Assembly: GCF_000485595.1 (NCBI RefSeq)
Contig: NW_014577062.1
Location: 1,769,909-1,815,678, forward strand
Source: Priapulus caudatus
Taxonomy: Eukaryota
Direction of reading: 5' to 3'
Length of the DNA stretch: 45,770 nt
Below are positions 28,761 to 40,239 of this stretch, one piece after another. The position numbers and the translations under genes are program-made. The notes under the pieces are model-generated. The model was not told the DNA's origin and made no database searches. It saw only the letters and a program-made list of their open reading frames with translations. Positions within the stretch are counted from its first letter, which is position 1. Each line of letters starts with the position of its first letter.

Positions 28761-29321
28761 TTCTATGTATAAAAACGTTACAGAAGTTAGAAGATTTGAC
28801 CTCAATTGTCGTGTTTAGTTGTCGTTGTATGACTACAAAAGTTTACACTAATAAACACTATTAAATACCGACACGAACACGCGAGCGGCGCGCACACACT
28901 TCTTCATCTTGCAGATCACCTACGTCTACGTCTTCTGCCGTACCTGACACGTTCTACTCCTTTTATAGGTAGATTTCATGCGCTGAAAAGTGCTATAATA
29001 AACTAGGAACGCGCTACACGTATAATAATCTTACACTTTCGCAAAGCATGCGTAAACTCACCCGACCCTCAGTGAGCAAGGAGAGGCGTTGCGGGTATTT
29101 GACGTGTAAGTTTTGGGTCAAGCAAGGTTACCGATTTCGTCCGAATATATACTGGCGAATCTTTTTCATAAAAGATTTGTGAAGTGATACGGTGATGAAT
29201 ACGAACGTTAGGCTACGGGTTTTACGCCGGGTGGGCTACATCGAACTCACAAGTTACATGTTATTGCAGTTACTACACTGCATTGAAATAGGATGAGTCG
29301 TGCTCACTGGAATATATTGTA

Positions 29322-29514
29322 CAGAGTGGCTATATGCCCGGCAGCTGGCATATATCTGACGGCTGCCGGGCACGGTCTTCGATTTCCTAAATGCCAGGCA
29401 ATTTTTAATTTTCAGCGTTATCTCAAGTAAACAAGGGTTAGGGTTAGGGTTAGGAACTGCCGGGCATTTAGGAAATCGAAGACCGTCCCGGCTGCCGGGC
29501 ATATAGCCACAGCG
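29322..29514. mobile_element. MITE with bipartite TIRs enclosing (TTAGGG)3
   Basis: GTGGCTATATGCCCGGCAGC / GCTGCCGGGCATATAGCCAC plus an inner 28-bp IR CGGTCTTCGATTTCCTAAATGCC(A/C)GGCA. Flanks TATATTGTA / TATATT(ATT)GTA are a probable 9-bp TSD. The terminus resembles that of 28369-28760. Confidence 0.82.
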
Positions 29515-29541
29515 TATATTATTGTACCGTATTATGTTTAA

Positions 29542-30010
29542 AGGAATATTTGCGAGATTCTTGTTCAGAAACGCTCAATCCAAATGAAATATAGTGAAAT
29601 ATAGTCTCACCTCACAGCGGATATACCACTGATTACACTAACTTGAAAAACACTAAGATTTTGTGCAGTTATAGCATAGAAAATTGGATATGAACACATT
29701 GTAACACAACGAAAATAACATCAAGTCGCGAGATTTGTTAAATGTGTCAATTGTGTAATTTGTCGGTGCAAACGAGATTACAGGTGCGAGAGACGTGTAA
29801 GTCTATGGACGATAGCTGGTGCTACTAACTGGTCCAAGATTACAAGAAAAGGCAATGGTAATCGAACGAGTTCAAAACTTGCATGTTTTGGTGAATACGA
29901 GGGTTCTAATACATTTTATCGTTACTTTAGACTGTTGCTGTTACTAAAGCAATAACGGTAGGTATCATAAAAGTGGGGGGAAACACTAGATAATTCTCGA
30001 AATTATGGTT
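29542..30010. mobile_element. Diverged, inverted copy of the TTAA element at 18859-19527
   Basis: TTAA|AGGAATATTTGCGAG start. 29590-29700 matches the reverse complement of 19385-19490 (ATATAGTCTCACCT.ACAGCG, GTTATAGCATAGAAAA). 29935-29990 matches the reverse complement of 18890-18945. Confidence 0.75.
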
Positions 30011-32856
30011 TCAATACGCTCGTTTTGGACTGCCGCTATCCCCCACGTACCGGCACGTGATCGGTAAAGTACGGCCACCCACCGAGCATCAGATATCAAC
30101 CAATGAGATGACCGGATCAACTTAATTCATCTCCGATGGGCGTGCTTACGCGCGTGTGAGTACGCGCATGTGTGCATATGTACCTGCGTGCGTTCGTACG
30201 AATGTGCGTATTTGTGCATGCGTGCGTCCGTACATGCGTGTGGTCTTATGTACATGCGTGCTTGCGTACGTACATGCGTGTTTGTTCCTGCGTGAGTGGC
30301 TGGGTGCGTTCACTACGCGCGTACGTGTGTTCGTACGTACGTACGCGTGTAACTGCCTGAGTGCGTATGTGCGTGCCTACGTGCGTGAGTGCGTATGTGC
30401 GTGCCTACGTGCGTGATTGCGTGCGTGCTGCTGACTTCCAAAGATTGAAAAAGTAACTGGATGTAAAGAACGATTTCAATTTCGTTGAGGTCCGCTCACT
30501 CACCATCCGGAGAACTAATGGCCCGGCGGTCATAGCGAATGCAGGGAATCTAGTCTCGGTTGCGACATAGGAGGCAAAGAGGAGGCGGTGGTGCGCAAAG
30601 GGATTCGTCCAGGGCTCAAGCCCTCGCACACGATCTATAAGAGGACGCCTCTCGCTTTACTCATTTCATTGCAAATTAGGTGTTAACAGGCCGTAATCGC
30701 GGCACGGTGCGCACACACGCGCTCGTCGCTCGCCATTCAACGTGTATGCGGTCGCTTCTAAAACTTTATAGGCAATGTTTAAATTTTCCAGCCGAATGCG
30801 CGTAGACGCGGGCCTGCGCGCGCGCGCCTCCCTCTTCGCTGCCCCCCGCGCCCCTGTGTGTAGTGAGCATGACATGGCAGCCGACGTCTGCGGACGACTG
30901 CTGCGCAACTATGGACGCCGCCAGAGGGGAAGCACACAGACGACCCGAGCGTTAGCAACCGATAATTGTCGATGGCGCAGACGTACCGCTATCGCTATGG
31001 CAACGGTGCGGCGTACCGTTATCACCATGGCAACGACGCGACGTTCGGCTTTCGGCTGCCGGTTCGGCTCCCCGCGCGCGGAAATTACGGTCTCAACTCA
31101 TTCTGATTAAATCAAGTGCCATGAAATTTGGTAATTGCATAAAAGACGGAGGAGCGCGAGCGCGCGCGCGTCTTCGACGAGTGCCATTTTGCCGAACAGT
31201 CATTTAAAGGAGATTTATGGGCTTCTGCGATGTTTATTGGCTTTTACCGTCGTGCTGTGCATCGATATTGCGCGACGGAGATAACGGCCGGATGGCGGGC
31301 ATCGGAGACGTGATGGATGACCATGCGCAGACGAGATAGGCACGCACGGCTTGGCCAGCGCTACGCTCGCCTAGCCAACGTCATCCATCTTGCTGCCACA
31401 GCGACGAAATCGTCTGCAGACACCGCATCAGTAGCTCGACGAACATCAAAGTCTGCGTCCGTCGCGATGATACGTCAAAATGCACTTCTCTCTGCCGCGG
31501 CGTAACTAATGATTACTTTCAGCTTCGGAAATTCGTCTAGCCGTAGCGAACAAAGCGAAGCACGTACGTATATGGCGCGCCAAGCACGTTAGAAACTAAC
31601 GAACACTGACCGACCGAGTAACAGAGGGGAAGTCGATCCGGAAATACCGGAGCCAACTGAAATTTGGAGAAAGATCGGTGATATCATCCCTCATCGCTGC
31701 ACAAGAAACAGTATTCATCGTATCTATACTATGTGCACATGATACACGTTAAAATCGTGCGTGTAACCATTTCTAAATAGGACCAATTCTAAATTCTAAT
31801 TAGGATAATTTTCTAAATTCTGAAGGAACCATTTCTAAATAGGACGCATGTTATCAACGTATTATAATACGTAACCTAGAATTGCTTCGGCTGCCATTAC
31901 GTGATATTCGGAGGTCAATGTAATATAGACCAAGTTACCTTAAAAATTTAATTAGCCTCATCCCAAATCGTTTTTCTCACACATAATCATAATCGAGAAA
32001 GATGGGCTAAAATGTATGGCCTAATTAAGATATAAAATTTATGATAATAAATTAATAAATTAAGATATTTAATAAATTAATAAATTAATATTTAATTAAT
32101 TTAAATAATTAATTAAGATATTAAATTTATGGCTAAAATTAAGATAATCTATGGCCTCGGTAAGTAGGCCTAATCTAAAATCGTCAGTGACACCTATCCT
32201 GCATGTTATATCACGAACATTATGGTGAGGTTCGGCAGTAAATCACGTAGCACAGAGGAAGAAATTGTGTTATTACATTCTGGGTGTTTTTACTATCTTT
32301 ACGTTTTACCGGCTCTAATCCTGTCCTCGACCCCCCAGGTTCAACCCTTTTGACAGACATCGTTGACCACGCGGGCAACATTGATTAGCGGGACACATTG
32401 ATTTCTAGCCGAAAAAATTATATTTAAGCAGTCAACATGGGGAATATTCAGGCAATATTGTTTTTAGCGGGCAACATGAATTTCATTAGACAACACGGAT
32501 TTTGGTGGTATTTTCAACAGGCAACATTAATTTTACAGTGATCTACATTGATTTTTCAACAGCCAACATTGATTTTTATGCGGTCAACATCATTTGTTCA
32601 GCTATTAACGTTGATTATCAACTGGCAAAATTTACCATTACTAATTAATTAAGTTAATCAATATTGCTCGCTAATACATTTTAGAATATTTCAGAACAAG
32701 CTAGAACAATTAGAAACATCTGTATGAATAAAACATTGTTAAGATACACAACTTGTGAGCGCTACACATAGTATAAAAATTACTTTGAACGTGCAGCGTG
32801 ATATGGTGAAAAAATCACACACACGCCTGCACGCAAGCACGCACGCACGCACGCAC

Positions 32857-32906
<50 letters not shown>

Positions 32907-32919
32907 ATGCACACACCAC

Positions 32920-32976
<57 letters not shown>

Positions 32977-33309
32977 ACGCATGGAAATGTGCTCAGCGCG
33001 CTTTTGTTTACGTTGAGCAGTGATTCTAAGTAGTCTTCAGTCGGTTTTATATATTCGGTTGCGTTTGTCAATCATTTGCTTGAAATGCTTCTATGTGGTA
33101 GCTGGACCTATCAGGCGTGTAATATGTCTTCTGTGGTCAAACATTATTACATATTATTGCCATTTACGTTGCCGTTTTGGTAGAGAATGGAGGTCTTCTC
33201 TTGTAATCAGAGCCGTATATAGACGGCTCTGCATGAGCGAGGAGCGCCATCTGCTGATGAACAGAAGTAATATTGCACGTGACAAGAGTAATATCTCCAG
33301 ATGACAAGA

Positions 33310-33877
33310 ACAACACTTTGTCTACAGAGCTTCAGCAATGTAGACTGAAGCTCTACAGCAATGTAGAACAGCAATGTAGAACATTCATATGTTCTTCATA
33401 AGTTTAAAACAACCAAGAAAACATCTTTCACTCACATGGAACTTTACAACACAATTACAGAAGACAAACTAGAGAGTGCCTTTCCAAATGTTGAAATTGC
33501 ATTAAGAATATTTTTAACATTAATGGTCACCAACTGCACAACAACAAGTCTTTCTCACAACTGAAACGTGTAAAAAAATTCAAATAGATTGACTCGTAGT
33601 CAGAATGAAGGTGTACATGCATGTACGCTCAAAAGTGCCTCAAATACCATCTCCGGCGATCTACATTTAAAAAATTTCTGGGGGAGAACCCCCATACTCC
33701 CTGCCTGTTTATCACACCCTCCTTGAAATCCTACATAAATTTTTGTACTGCTGCAACCTGCATTGTATATCTGGCCAGACAGGTCCACAACTAAAATGGA
33801 CTGGGTCCGTGTGGAAAGGAGGGGGGCACCAAGATTGGTCAGTGCTTAGGGCACCAGTGAGCCTTAATCCGCCTCTG
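33310..33877 (+). mobile_element. hAT (Tip100/ZMYM1-like) transposon remnant: C-terminal dimerization domain plus right end
   Basis: 33421-33575 encodes TSFTHMELYNTITEDKLESAFPNVEIALRIFLTLMVTNCTT/SFSQLKRVK, with a frameshift at ~33545. 3' terminus CCTTAATCCGCCTCTG at 33862-33877. Confidence 0.82.
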
Positions 33878-34282
33878 GATGTGTGCCGCAGGCACGCATG
33901 GCTAACGCCGCGATCGCGAAGCCGATGTGGGGGGTCTAGGGGTAGGCCTACTCCCCCAGAACATTTTTGAAATTTAGAGCCTGGAAATGGCATTTCCTGC
34001 ATTTTCAACAAGCTATGTTGAAATTAAGCAACCAATTCTGATCATTTTAAAAGGTCAATTTTTAAATTTCAAAGAGGAATGTAGCTAAAGCTAATGTTTT
34101 GACTAAAGTATCTAAAATATATATTATGAGTATGATAACTAATAAAACATTGCTTACAAAATTTATACTATCAGTACATAATTATGAAAAATATTATAGT
34201 TTTTAATATTTCCGTTCCAGTGCATCGTACTTCAGAATACGTTGAAGCCGGGCCGTGAAGGCATGCATGCAACGTGTGTGTG

Positions 34283-34318
<36 letters not shown>

Positions 34319-34940
34319 ACTCTAAAAACTGGGTAGTTAAATTTGACTATAAAATAGTTAAAATTTGACTAACAATGTAGGCAATATTTCACCTACTAAT
34401 GTGGTAGTCAATTTTGACTGCCCTAGTAGTTAATTAGTTTTGACTATTGTATGTAGTCAAAAATGCGACTAGTTTACATAGTCATTTATATTTCTATGTA
34501 GTCATTATTTACTAGTCAATTAGTTAAATCAAACCAAAAAGATTCAATTCATTAAGAAACTTTTATTGATAAAAAAAATACTGCACAGTTATTAATAGCA
34601 TATTTATCTATCTAAATGCGAGTTATTTCACAGAATATATATTTTATAGTAAATGCACAATGTCTACACAAAACAAATTACAAATTTTGTCTTTTAAGCT
34701 TATTGGTGACATTTAATTTTCTCCACGAGAAAAGGCAACATTATTTCAGTGTGAACGTTATGAAGCACTTGCAAATCATTAAGCAGATAGTAAAAAGTTT
34801 CTAATTAATTTCCGCCCAACTGTTCACGATGTTGCAGTATTATGATGAGAATGGCTCTGTGCATGGTACTTCTTAGTTGTCAATAATACAATATGTCATT
34901 CAATTTCACAAATATATATAAACACCAATATATATACTGT

Positions 34941-34988
<48 letters not shown>

Positions 34989-35216
34989 CAATATATAGAC
35001 ACTAAATATATCAAACAACCATACATAATAAACTTTCAACCACAAATACTACTTGGTTGTAGGACCCCTTTCCGTGCTTTTAAACTATGGCGAAAACTTA
35101 CAAATACAAGAATATATAGTTTGATAAGTTGTTATCAATTCTTTTATAGACCTGAAATGACTATGTCCGCACCTGTTATTTCCATCTGAGTAATTGTCTT
35201 TTCTTAATACAATCGC

Positions 35217-35546
35217 TTATTCAAGTGATGCATTGCACTGTGATGTGATAGCACTCGCTATAGATTTCACTGACACAGATGGAGATTTCATTGCCAAGCT
35301 GTATACAGCATGGCCAAAGAACTCCCACACTTGTGCACACATTTTTGGGTAAGAAATGTCCAACAGCCAAAAACACTTAAAACATGTATCTACCCCTTGT
35401 TGTAGGGTGTCCATTTCCAGAACATACTGCGTGCCAATTATTACAAACACTTGACTACGTGAGTCGATACTTCCAAGTACCACAAGCTTTGCCTGTCGGC
35501 CAGTCGGGTTGGCTGTTGATAAGTAATGTGGAATATTTGTACCAAC
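35217..35546 (-). CDS. CACTA accessory (SAMD3-like) gene, last exon
   Basis: tttcAG acceptor, phase 0. Encodes VGTNIPHYL...GVDTCFKCFWLLDISYPKMCAQVWEFFGHAVY...*, resembling the conserved C-terminus (FK.F..F...YP....V..F....VY) of animal EnSpm second-ORF proteins. Confidence 0.75.
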   Translation of the reverse strand, partial: VGTNIPHYLSTANPTGRQAKLVVLGSIDSRSQVFVIIGTQYVLEMDTLQQGVDTCFKCFWLLDISYPKMCAQVWEFFGHAVYSLAMKSPSVSVKSIASAITSQCNASLE

Positions 35547-35766
35547 CTGAAACGAGAAAGATATAACTAAAAGATCTACTAAGATATATGTAGTTCAGCC
35601 ATTTTACACATATTTTATATATCAATATTGTATGGTATGCTGCTTAAACATGCATGTAATATGATAACATATTTGTTTAATGTACGTAGATTGTTAATTG
35701 TAACCAAACTTTTCACATTTTAAATGAAACGTAAAACGGTGCCAAGAGAAACACTGCAACACATAC

Positions 35767-35894
35767 CGGTTGGATATCAATGAATGCATTGCTGATCTCT
35801 GCCTGTGACAACCTTGTAGTTTTTTTGCCCTCTTTGTACAGGACGGGTGGCAAAATGTGTGGCAAGAAGAGCAATGTTATATTTTCCTTCTGAT
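35767..35894 (-). CDS. CACTA accessory gene, internal exon
   Basis: ttccAG acceptor (phase 1) and GTATGT donor (phase 0). Encodes DQKENITLLFLPHILPP...AFIDIQP. Confidence 0.72.
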
Positions 35895-36101
35895 CTGGAA
35901 AACACAAGTAAACTATGTTTTACTGTAATGGATCCTTTATGGATTACACTTGAATCCAGTGTTTCTTCCAACTACAGTATGTCTTAACATATTTTCTCTA
36001 TAGCTGCAATAAACTTGCAAATTTACAACAAATATCCCACAAAAAATCCAACATAATAATTAGCTCACAAAATATTGTTTACAGTATGGTCTGAGTTTTA
36101 C

Positions 36102-36249
36102 CTGTATTCATGTCATCCAGATTATATGCACTCAGTAATTTTGGTTTGGAATGCTTGACGTATGTGATTATGTGTGGTGCATGTTTTGGCCACAGTTGAA
36201 AGAGCTTCTCCTCACTTTCTCCATACAGCTGCTTAAAGTCTGCACCAAT
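36102..36249 (-). CDS. CACTA accessory gene, internal exon
   Basis: gacAG acceptor (phase 0) and GTAAAA donor (phase 1). Encodes IGADFKQLYGESEEKLFQLWPKH...DDMNT. Confidence 0.72.
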
Positions 36250-36430
36250 CTGTCACACAAAGGACACTTATTGATTTGATACATTAATACTTAATGAGTT
36301 AGAGCTTCGAAAATGTGTTTGTCTAACAGAGGGTTGCATAAGTATTAGGCTTAACAGATATTGAAAATTATACTCTTTATTTTGTGTTGGAAGCTGCTGC
36401 CAAACCACATCCCAATTTCTGTTTGCTTAC

Positions 36431-36633
36431 CATTCCCTGTACATCAAACAGACGTGGCCATGCTTCTCCGATGTCACCAATATGCTTATCGTCTTTCTTT
36501 TTGATCCACCCATGGCGGTAAAAAACCGTTGCTGACATGTACTCAGCAACGGTTGCAGTCGGCTCTCTGTGGTGCTTACACCATCGCTGTTTCATGGTCA
36601 TCTCTTCATCTGCATCTACGTCAGCATCAGCAT
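36431..36633 (-). CDS. CACTA accessory gene, internal exon
   Basis: ttttAG acceptor (phase 1) and GTAAGC donor (phase 0). Encodes ...MSATVFYRHGWI...EAWPRLFDVQGM. Confidence 0.72.
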
Positions 36634-37301
36634 CTAAAATAACAAATTTATGCCACATAAGGAGCAAGTTAGTTGTATGGAAACAAGCATTAAAGTTGAT
36701 CAACCTCGCAGCTAAATGCATATATACCTACCGAGCTTGCATATGTTGCAAAAATTCACTACAACTCATTTGTATTGCTACATCCACAACTTTTCTTTAG
36801 AAAATCTAAACGAATGTTACGAAAGTAGCAACACAGGATGTTTACAGTGTTTACACAGCGGTACACAGCCGAGCGAACGTTGTGCTGCATTACCAGTTCT
36901 TTTCTGTGATAACACGTGTTATACTTTATTGTTCGATGTTTACTCGGTACGAAATTGTGAAATTTGTTTAAATCACATGTTATCTACATTACATATGCAA
37001 TCAGGGAACAAATATAGTGTTTTCGTTCGAGGAACTATTTAGCGTCATTTGGCACTTCGTTGTGGCAAAACTACATCGATGTAGTTATTCAAAAGAGTCA
37101 TCTTCGGAGTACATTTCTGGCTCAATGAAACATTTCGTGATGTTTGCATACTGCAAATATGCTCACAGTATGTCTATATAGGCATTTTGTTGTGAGGTTA
37201 ATCCGTTTTAACCACACAGTCTAACGTGTACTGAGTGTGATAAGAATTAAGAGCAAAGCACGTTGAAATTACAGGATGCTTACTGTACAAAATGCATGTA
37301 C

Positions 37302-37470
37302 CTCTAAAATAAGCTCCACCTTCATCATCTCTGTCATCAATGCAGATTTTTGGCATTTTAGCTGCTCTAGGTGATCTGAGAAGGGCGTCCCGTTTTCTAA
37401 CATTATTCAACCTGGTCTGAATAAGCCCCCCACATGGCTGCTTACCAGATGACCTGAAAAACCATTCTTC
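37302..37470 (-). CDS. CACTA accessory gene, internal exon
   Basis: tttcAG acceptor (phase 0). Encodes EEWFFRSSGKQPCGGLIQTRLNNVRKR. Three alternative phase-1 donors give exon ends at 37320, 37302 or 37284. Confidence 0.62.
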
Positions 37471-37655
37471 CTGAAAAATAAAACATATGATTTTATAAAG
37501 TATTATAATTAAGTAACTGTTGCTATTTAATATGTCATTAAAAGTACAGCCTTTTTTCACTGTCATTGTTGTGAACGGTTAAGTAACTACAACTGAAAAT
37601 TATGTGGCAGATCATGCCAGATGATCGGTGGGCTATACTTATACTAAGGCTGAGA

Positions 37656-37887
37656 GGGTCTATGTCCCCCGGGGTACTGCCGGAACGTACCCTGGTACTA
37701 TCTAATATGCCGGACCGTACCTCGTCTACTCCACTAACGAGTCTAGGGAGTCGCCTACGCCTACTCCCTAACCCTAACCTTAACCCTAATCCTAACCCTA
37801 ACCATATCAAAATAGTGACCAGGGTACGTTCCGATACCGGACCGTACCCAGGGTACGTTCCGGCAGTACCCTGGGGGACATAGACCC
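37656..37887. mobile_element. MITE with 40-bp TIRs enclosing (CCCTAA)6, nested in the CACTA element
   Basis: GGGTCTATGTCCCCCGGGGTACTGCCGGAACGTACCCTGG (37656-37695) vs 37848-37887, 39/40 match. Tract at 37766-37802. Confidence 0.87.
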
Positions 37888-38082
37888 TATGAGCAATACC
37901 AAGTACTAATGTACTATTACGTACTACTCGTACAGTATTACTAGTTGAAGTTCTAGATCTAGTCAGGCCCTCACTCAGGATGCAGTTTTAACTTAAAATT
38001 GAGGTATATCTATATTCAATTGTTCACTGTAGGCCTACGTACAGATAAATATTAACACTAAATAACAACACACATGACATAC

Positions 38083-38149
38083 CTATAAATACATCTGTGT
38101 ACGCCTCAAGGCCCAATTCTTTTAACGTTCTTCTCACGAACTCATCCAT
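38083..38149 (-). CDS. CACTA accessory gene, first exon (start of a SAM domain)
   Basis: Runs from ATG to a GTATGT donor. MDEFVRRTLKELGLEAYTDVFI fits SAM helices 1-2 (L..LGL..Y...F). The phase-1 donor does not match the next visible exon, implying deleted exons. Confidence 0.6.
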
Positions 38150-38192
38150 CGCTGAACAAACGTAGGATGCAAGTCATGCAACACGCAGGAAC

Positions 38193-38241
38193 CATAGATA
38201 TAGAAGAAGATTCTTCTTAGAAATCTTCTTCTATATCTATG
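38193..38241. mobile_element. 49-bp hairpin element with CATAG...CTATG ends (P-superfamily-like)
   Basis: 20-bp perfect IR CATAGATATAGAAGAAGATT. Flanks GCAGGAAC / GCGGAAAC are an imperfect 8-bp TSD. Confidence 0.65.
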
Positions 38242-38441
38242 GCGGAAACAAACGCTGTAAGATTCAAACCAATTCAAACGTACTCTTGTTTGTTACCAAC
38301 ACTGTTGCTGGGCAACTTACCGGCTAATGCGAGGGAAATACTGACTATTTGGCTAGTCAAATATTTTTGATTACAACAAATAGTCAAACTGCTGTTTTAG
38401 ACCATATTTAACTATTATGCTAGTCAAATTTAATCATTGTA

Positions 38442-38870
38442 CTAGACGGACATGCGGCCCCGTTATTGCGCGCAGCGCAAGCGCGCGGCCTGCCGCGCCC
38501 CCACAACGAATACGCCGCCCTTATTGTCCACTTAGACAGATAACCTGAATCGCTCTAGAAACGAACTCCGCGAAAACTGGGCCGAATCCAACCGACATTT
38601 CGCGATCCACGCCTAGAGGGCATCTCCAAACGGCTCCTAAACATTTTTTGGGGTGGCGCGCCTTAAGGGTACCGCGTAGTGGCTCCTACAAGAATGCTGT
38701 CAATCACCCACCACAAGCTCGCTCATTGGCCGCTAGGCGATCACGTCGTCCGTGGCCGAACAAAGCGTGATGTCAATCACACATGTTTTTACGAACGCCG
38801 CTCGCGCGCGCGCCCGCCTCGCTGCTATCTGCAAAACCGCCGCCGCCGCGGCGCCTGGCTGCGTACGTGC
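38442..38870 (-). mobile_element. Helitron-like repeat end, with a diverged second copy at 44253-44748
   Basis: The minus strand ends in hairpin GCGCGC-TTGCGCT-GCGCGC, then ...CTAG|T. Blocks GAATACGCCGCCC, CATCTCCAAACGGC, TGCTATCTGCAAA and CGGCGCCTGGCTGCGTACGTGC are shared with 44253-44748. Confidence 0.5.
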
Positions 38871-39388
38871 CAGGTTGCCGAAGGGTAGACTGGTACCCGG
38901 CCTCACGCTCTGCTAGACAATGTACACGCTCTGCGACATACAGTGCAGCCGCGAACCAGTCTAGCCAGAGGTTACCTTTCGGTGCACGTACCCTGGGTTG
39001 CACGCTGGCTTAATGGGCTAGACACTGACAGGTATTGTTTTAAGCACGAACACCCGTCATAAACATTCGATGTTTTGCCTTGCACTGACATTGTGAACAT
39101 TGTGCATTTTGTAATTACAAATGTGAATTCTAAGGCAGAAAGGTTAACCATGAGCCAGCGCGGCGCCTGGCTGACGGCCTCACTCAGCGGCTTGCGCAGT
39201 TTTTGCGCCGCCGCGCAAACAACATAACATTAAGGTTAACGGTGTATAAGCACATGCCATTCTGTCTCTAGACTATCGTCACTTGTGTTTCCTGTTTCGT
39301 CCGGTCGTCGCCGCGGCCGCGGGCTTTTCAGCGGCGGTCGCTCGTCGTTCGGTGAGTACCAACAGCTATAGGTTATATAGTATAGTAT

Positions 39389-39651
39389 TAGTAACATAAT
39401 ATGAGAAGTACATCACACGGTTTCCTTATAGGGATCCCCTAATAGCATTCCCTATTATCTACTAATTCTGATCATAAGGTATAGATGTGTTTGTATGACA
39501 CTAACATAATACGGTCACTGTCAGTTTGCATCACAGTAACATCATATGGTTACTATGCTGCTATCCAGATTTCAGTAAATATAAACACCAACTTTTATAT
39601 ATAATCCTAGCAATATATGGTCAATGGTTACTATTTAACATAACTCTCAAT
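39389..39651. repeat. ~260-bp dispersed repeat, near-identical to 42557-42803
   Basis: Direct alignment (TATAGGGATCCCCTAATAG...GGTTACTATTTAACAT). Rich in GTTAC/GTAAC motifs, like transposon subterminal arrays. Confidence 0.85.
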
Positions 39652-40239
39652 CGTCATGCAGTTACCATTTCATGTTACTCGTAACAATTTATGCTTGTTC
39701 CTTACCATATTCTACAACATCCCGCACTCTTATAGTATTATTTAAATAACATAAAATAACAAGTGGTAACACTGCGTGTGTCGAAAACTGCGCCATGTTA
39801 CGCTGCCCGCGTTTGTCCGTTGTCGCCCACCCCCTCCTCCCCCGCGCCGTCTGTCAGGTGGGTGCGGGTTTTTACACGTAGCGCCACAGCGAGCTCCCCC
39901 CTCCCCGATGGCCGCCGCCGGGGCTGCACGCCCCCGTCGCCCCCACCGCTACGGCCACCACCGATGCCGCCGTACGGCCGTTGCCCAGCCCGTCTACGTC
40001 TCACGACAACTGCATGCAATCAGTCGCACACCGTCCTTGCACTACAATACGTATGCATAATCATGCTCCGCGCTGGCTGCGGCGACGACAATACGTCGAG
40101 AATACGTACCGCTCGTGGGAGTGGGAGAGAGAGACACAGCGATCGAGAGATAGCAGTTTTTGCTCAGCTGACTGGCTGGCTCGCCGCTCCCGCAGTTTTG
40201 CCCCCATATTTATACCGGATGATGTCACGGAATGGCTTG

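Larger units (their letters stand above)
27465..28812. mobile_element. Kolobok-type element with ~160-bp TIRs, internally deleted
   Basis: TTAA|AGGACAATTGAAGTC left end. Left TIR 27465-27624 matches right TIR 28252-28368 + 28770-28810, which is split by a nested MITE. The right TTAA is degraded. Carries a Cys-rich ORF. Confidence 0.8.
34318..38433 (-). mobile_element. CACTA/EnSpm (CMC) element, non-autonomous, one TIR truncated
   Basis: Begins CACTCTAAAAA directly after a (TG)n run. Arrays of TAGTCAA/TTGACTA subterminal repeats at 34330-34530 and 38340-38433. 38406-38433 matches the reverse complement of the left end, but the last ~20 bp are missing. No transposase seen. Confidence 0.8.

Noticed and set aside
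30915..30935. CTCF site (GCCGCCAGAGGGGAAGC) and similar near-matches at ~4185, ~12551 and ~43950
   Set aside because: Each deviates from the core spacing and cannot be supported without a PWM scan or ChIP.
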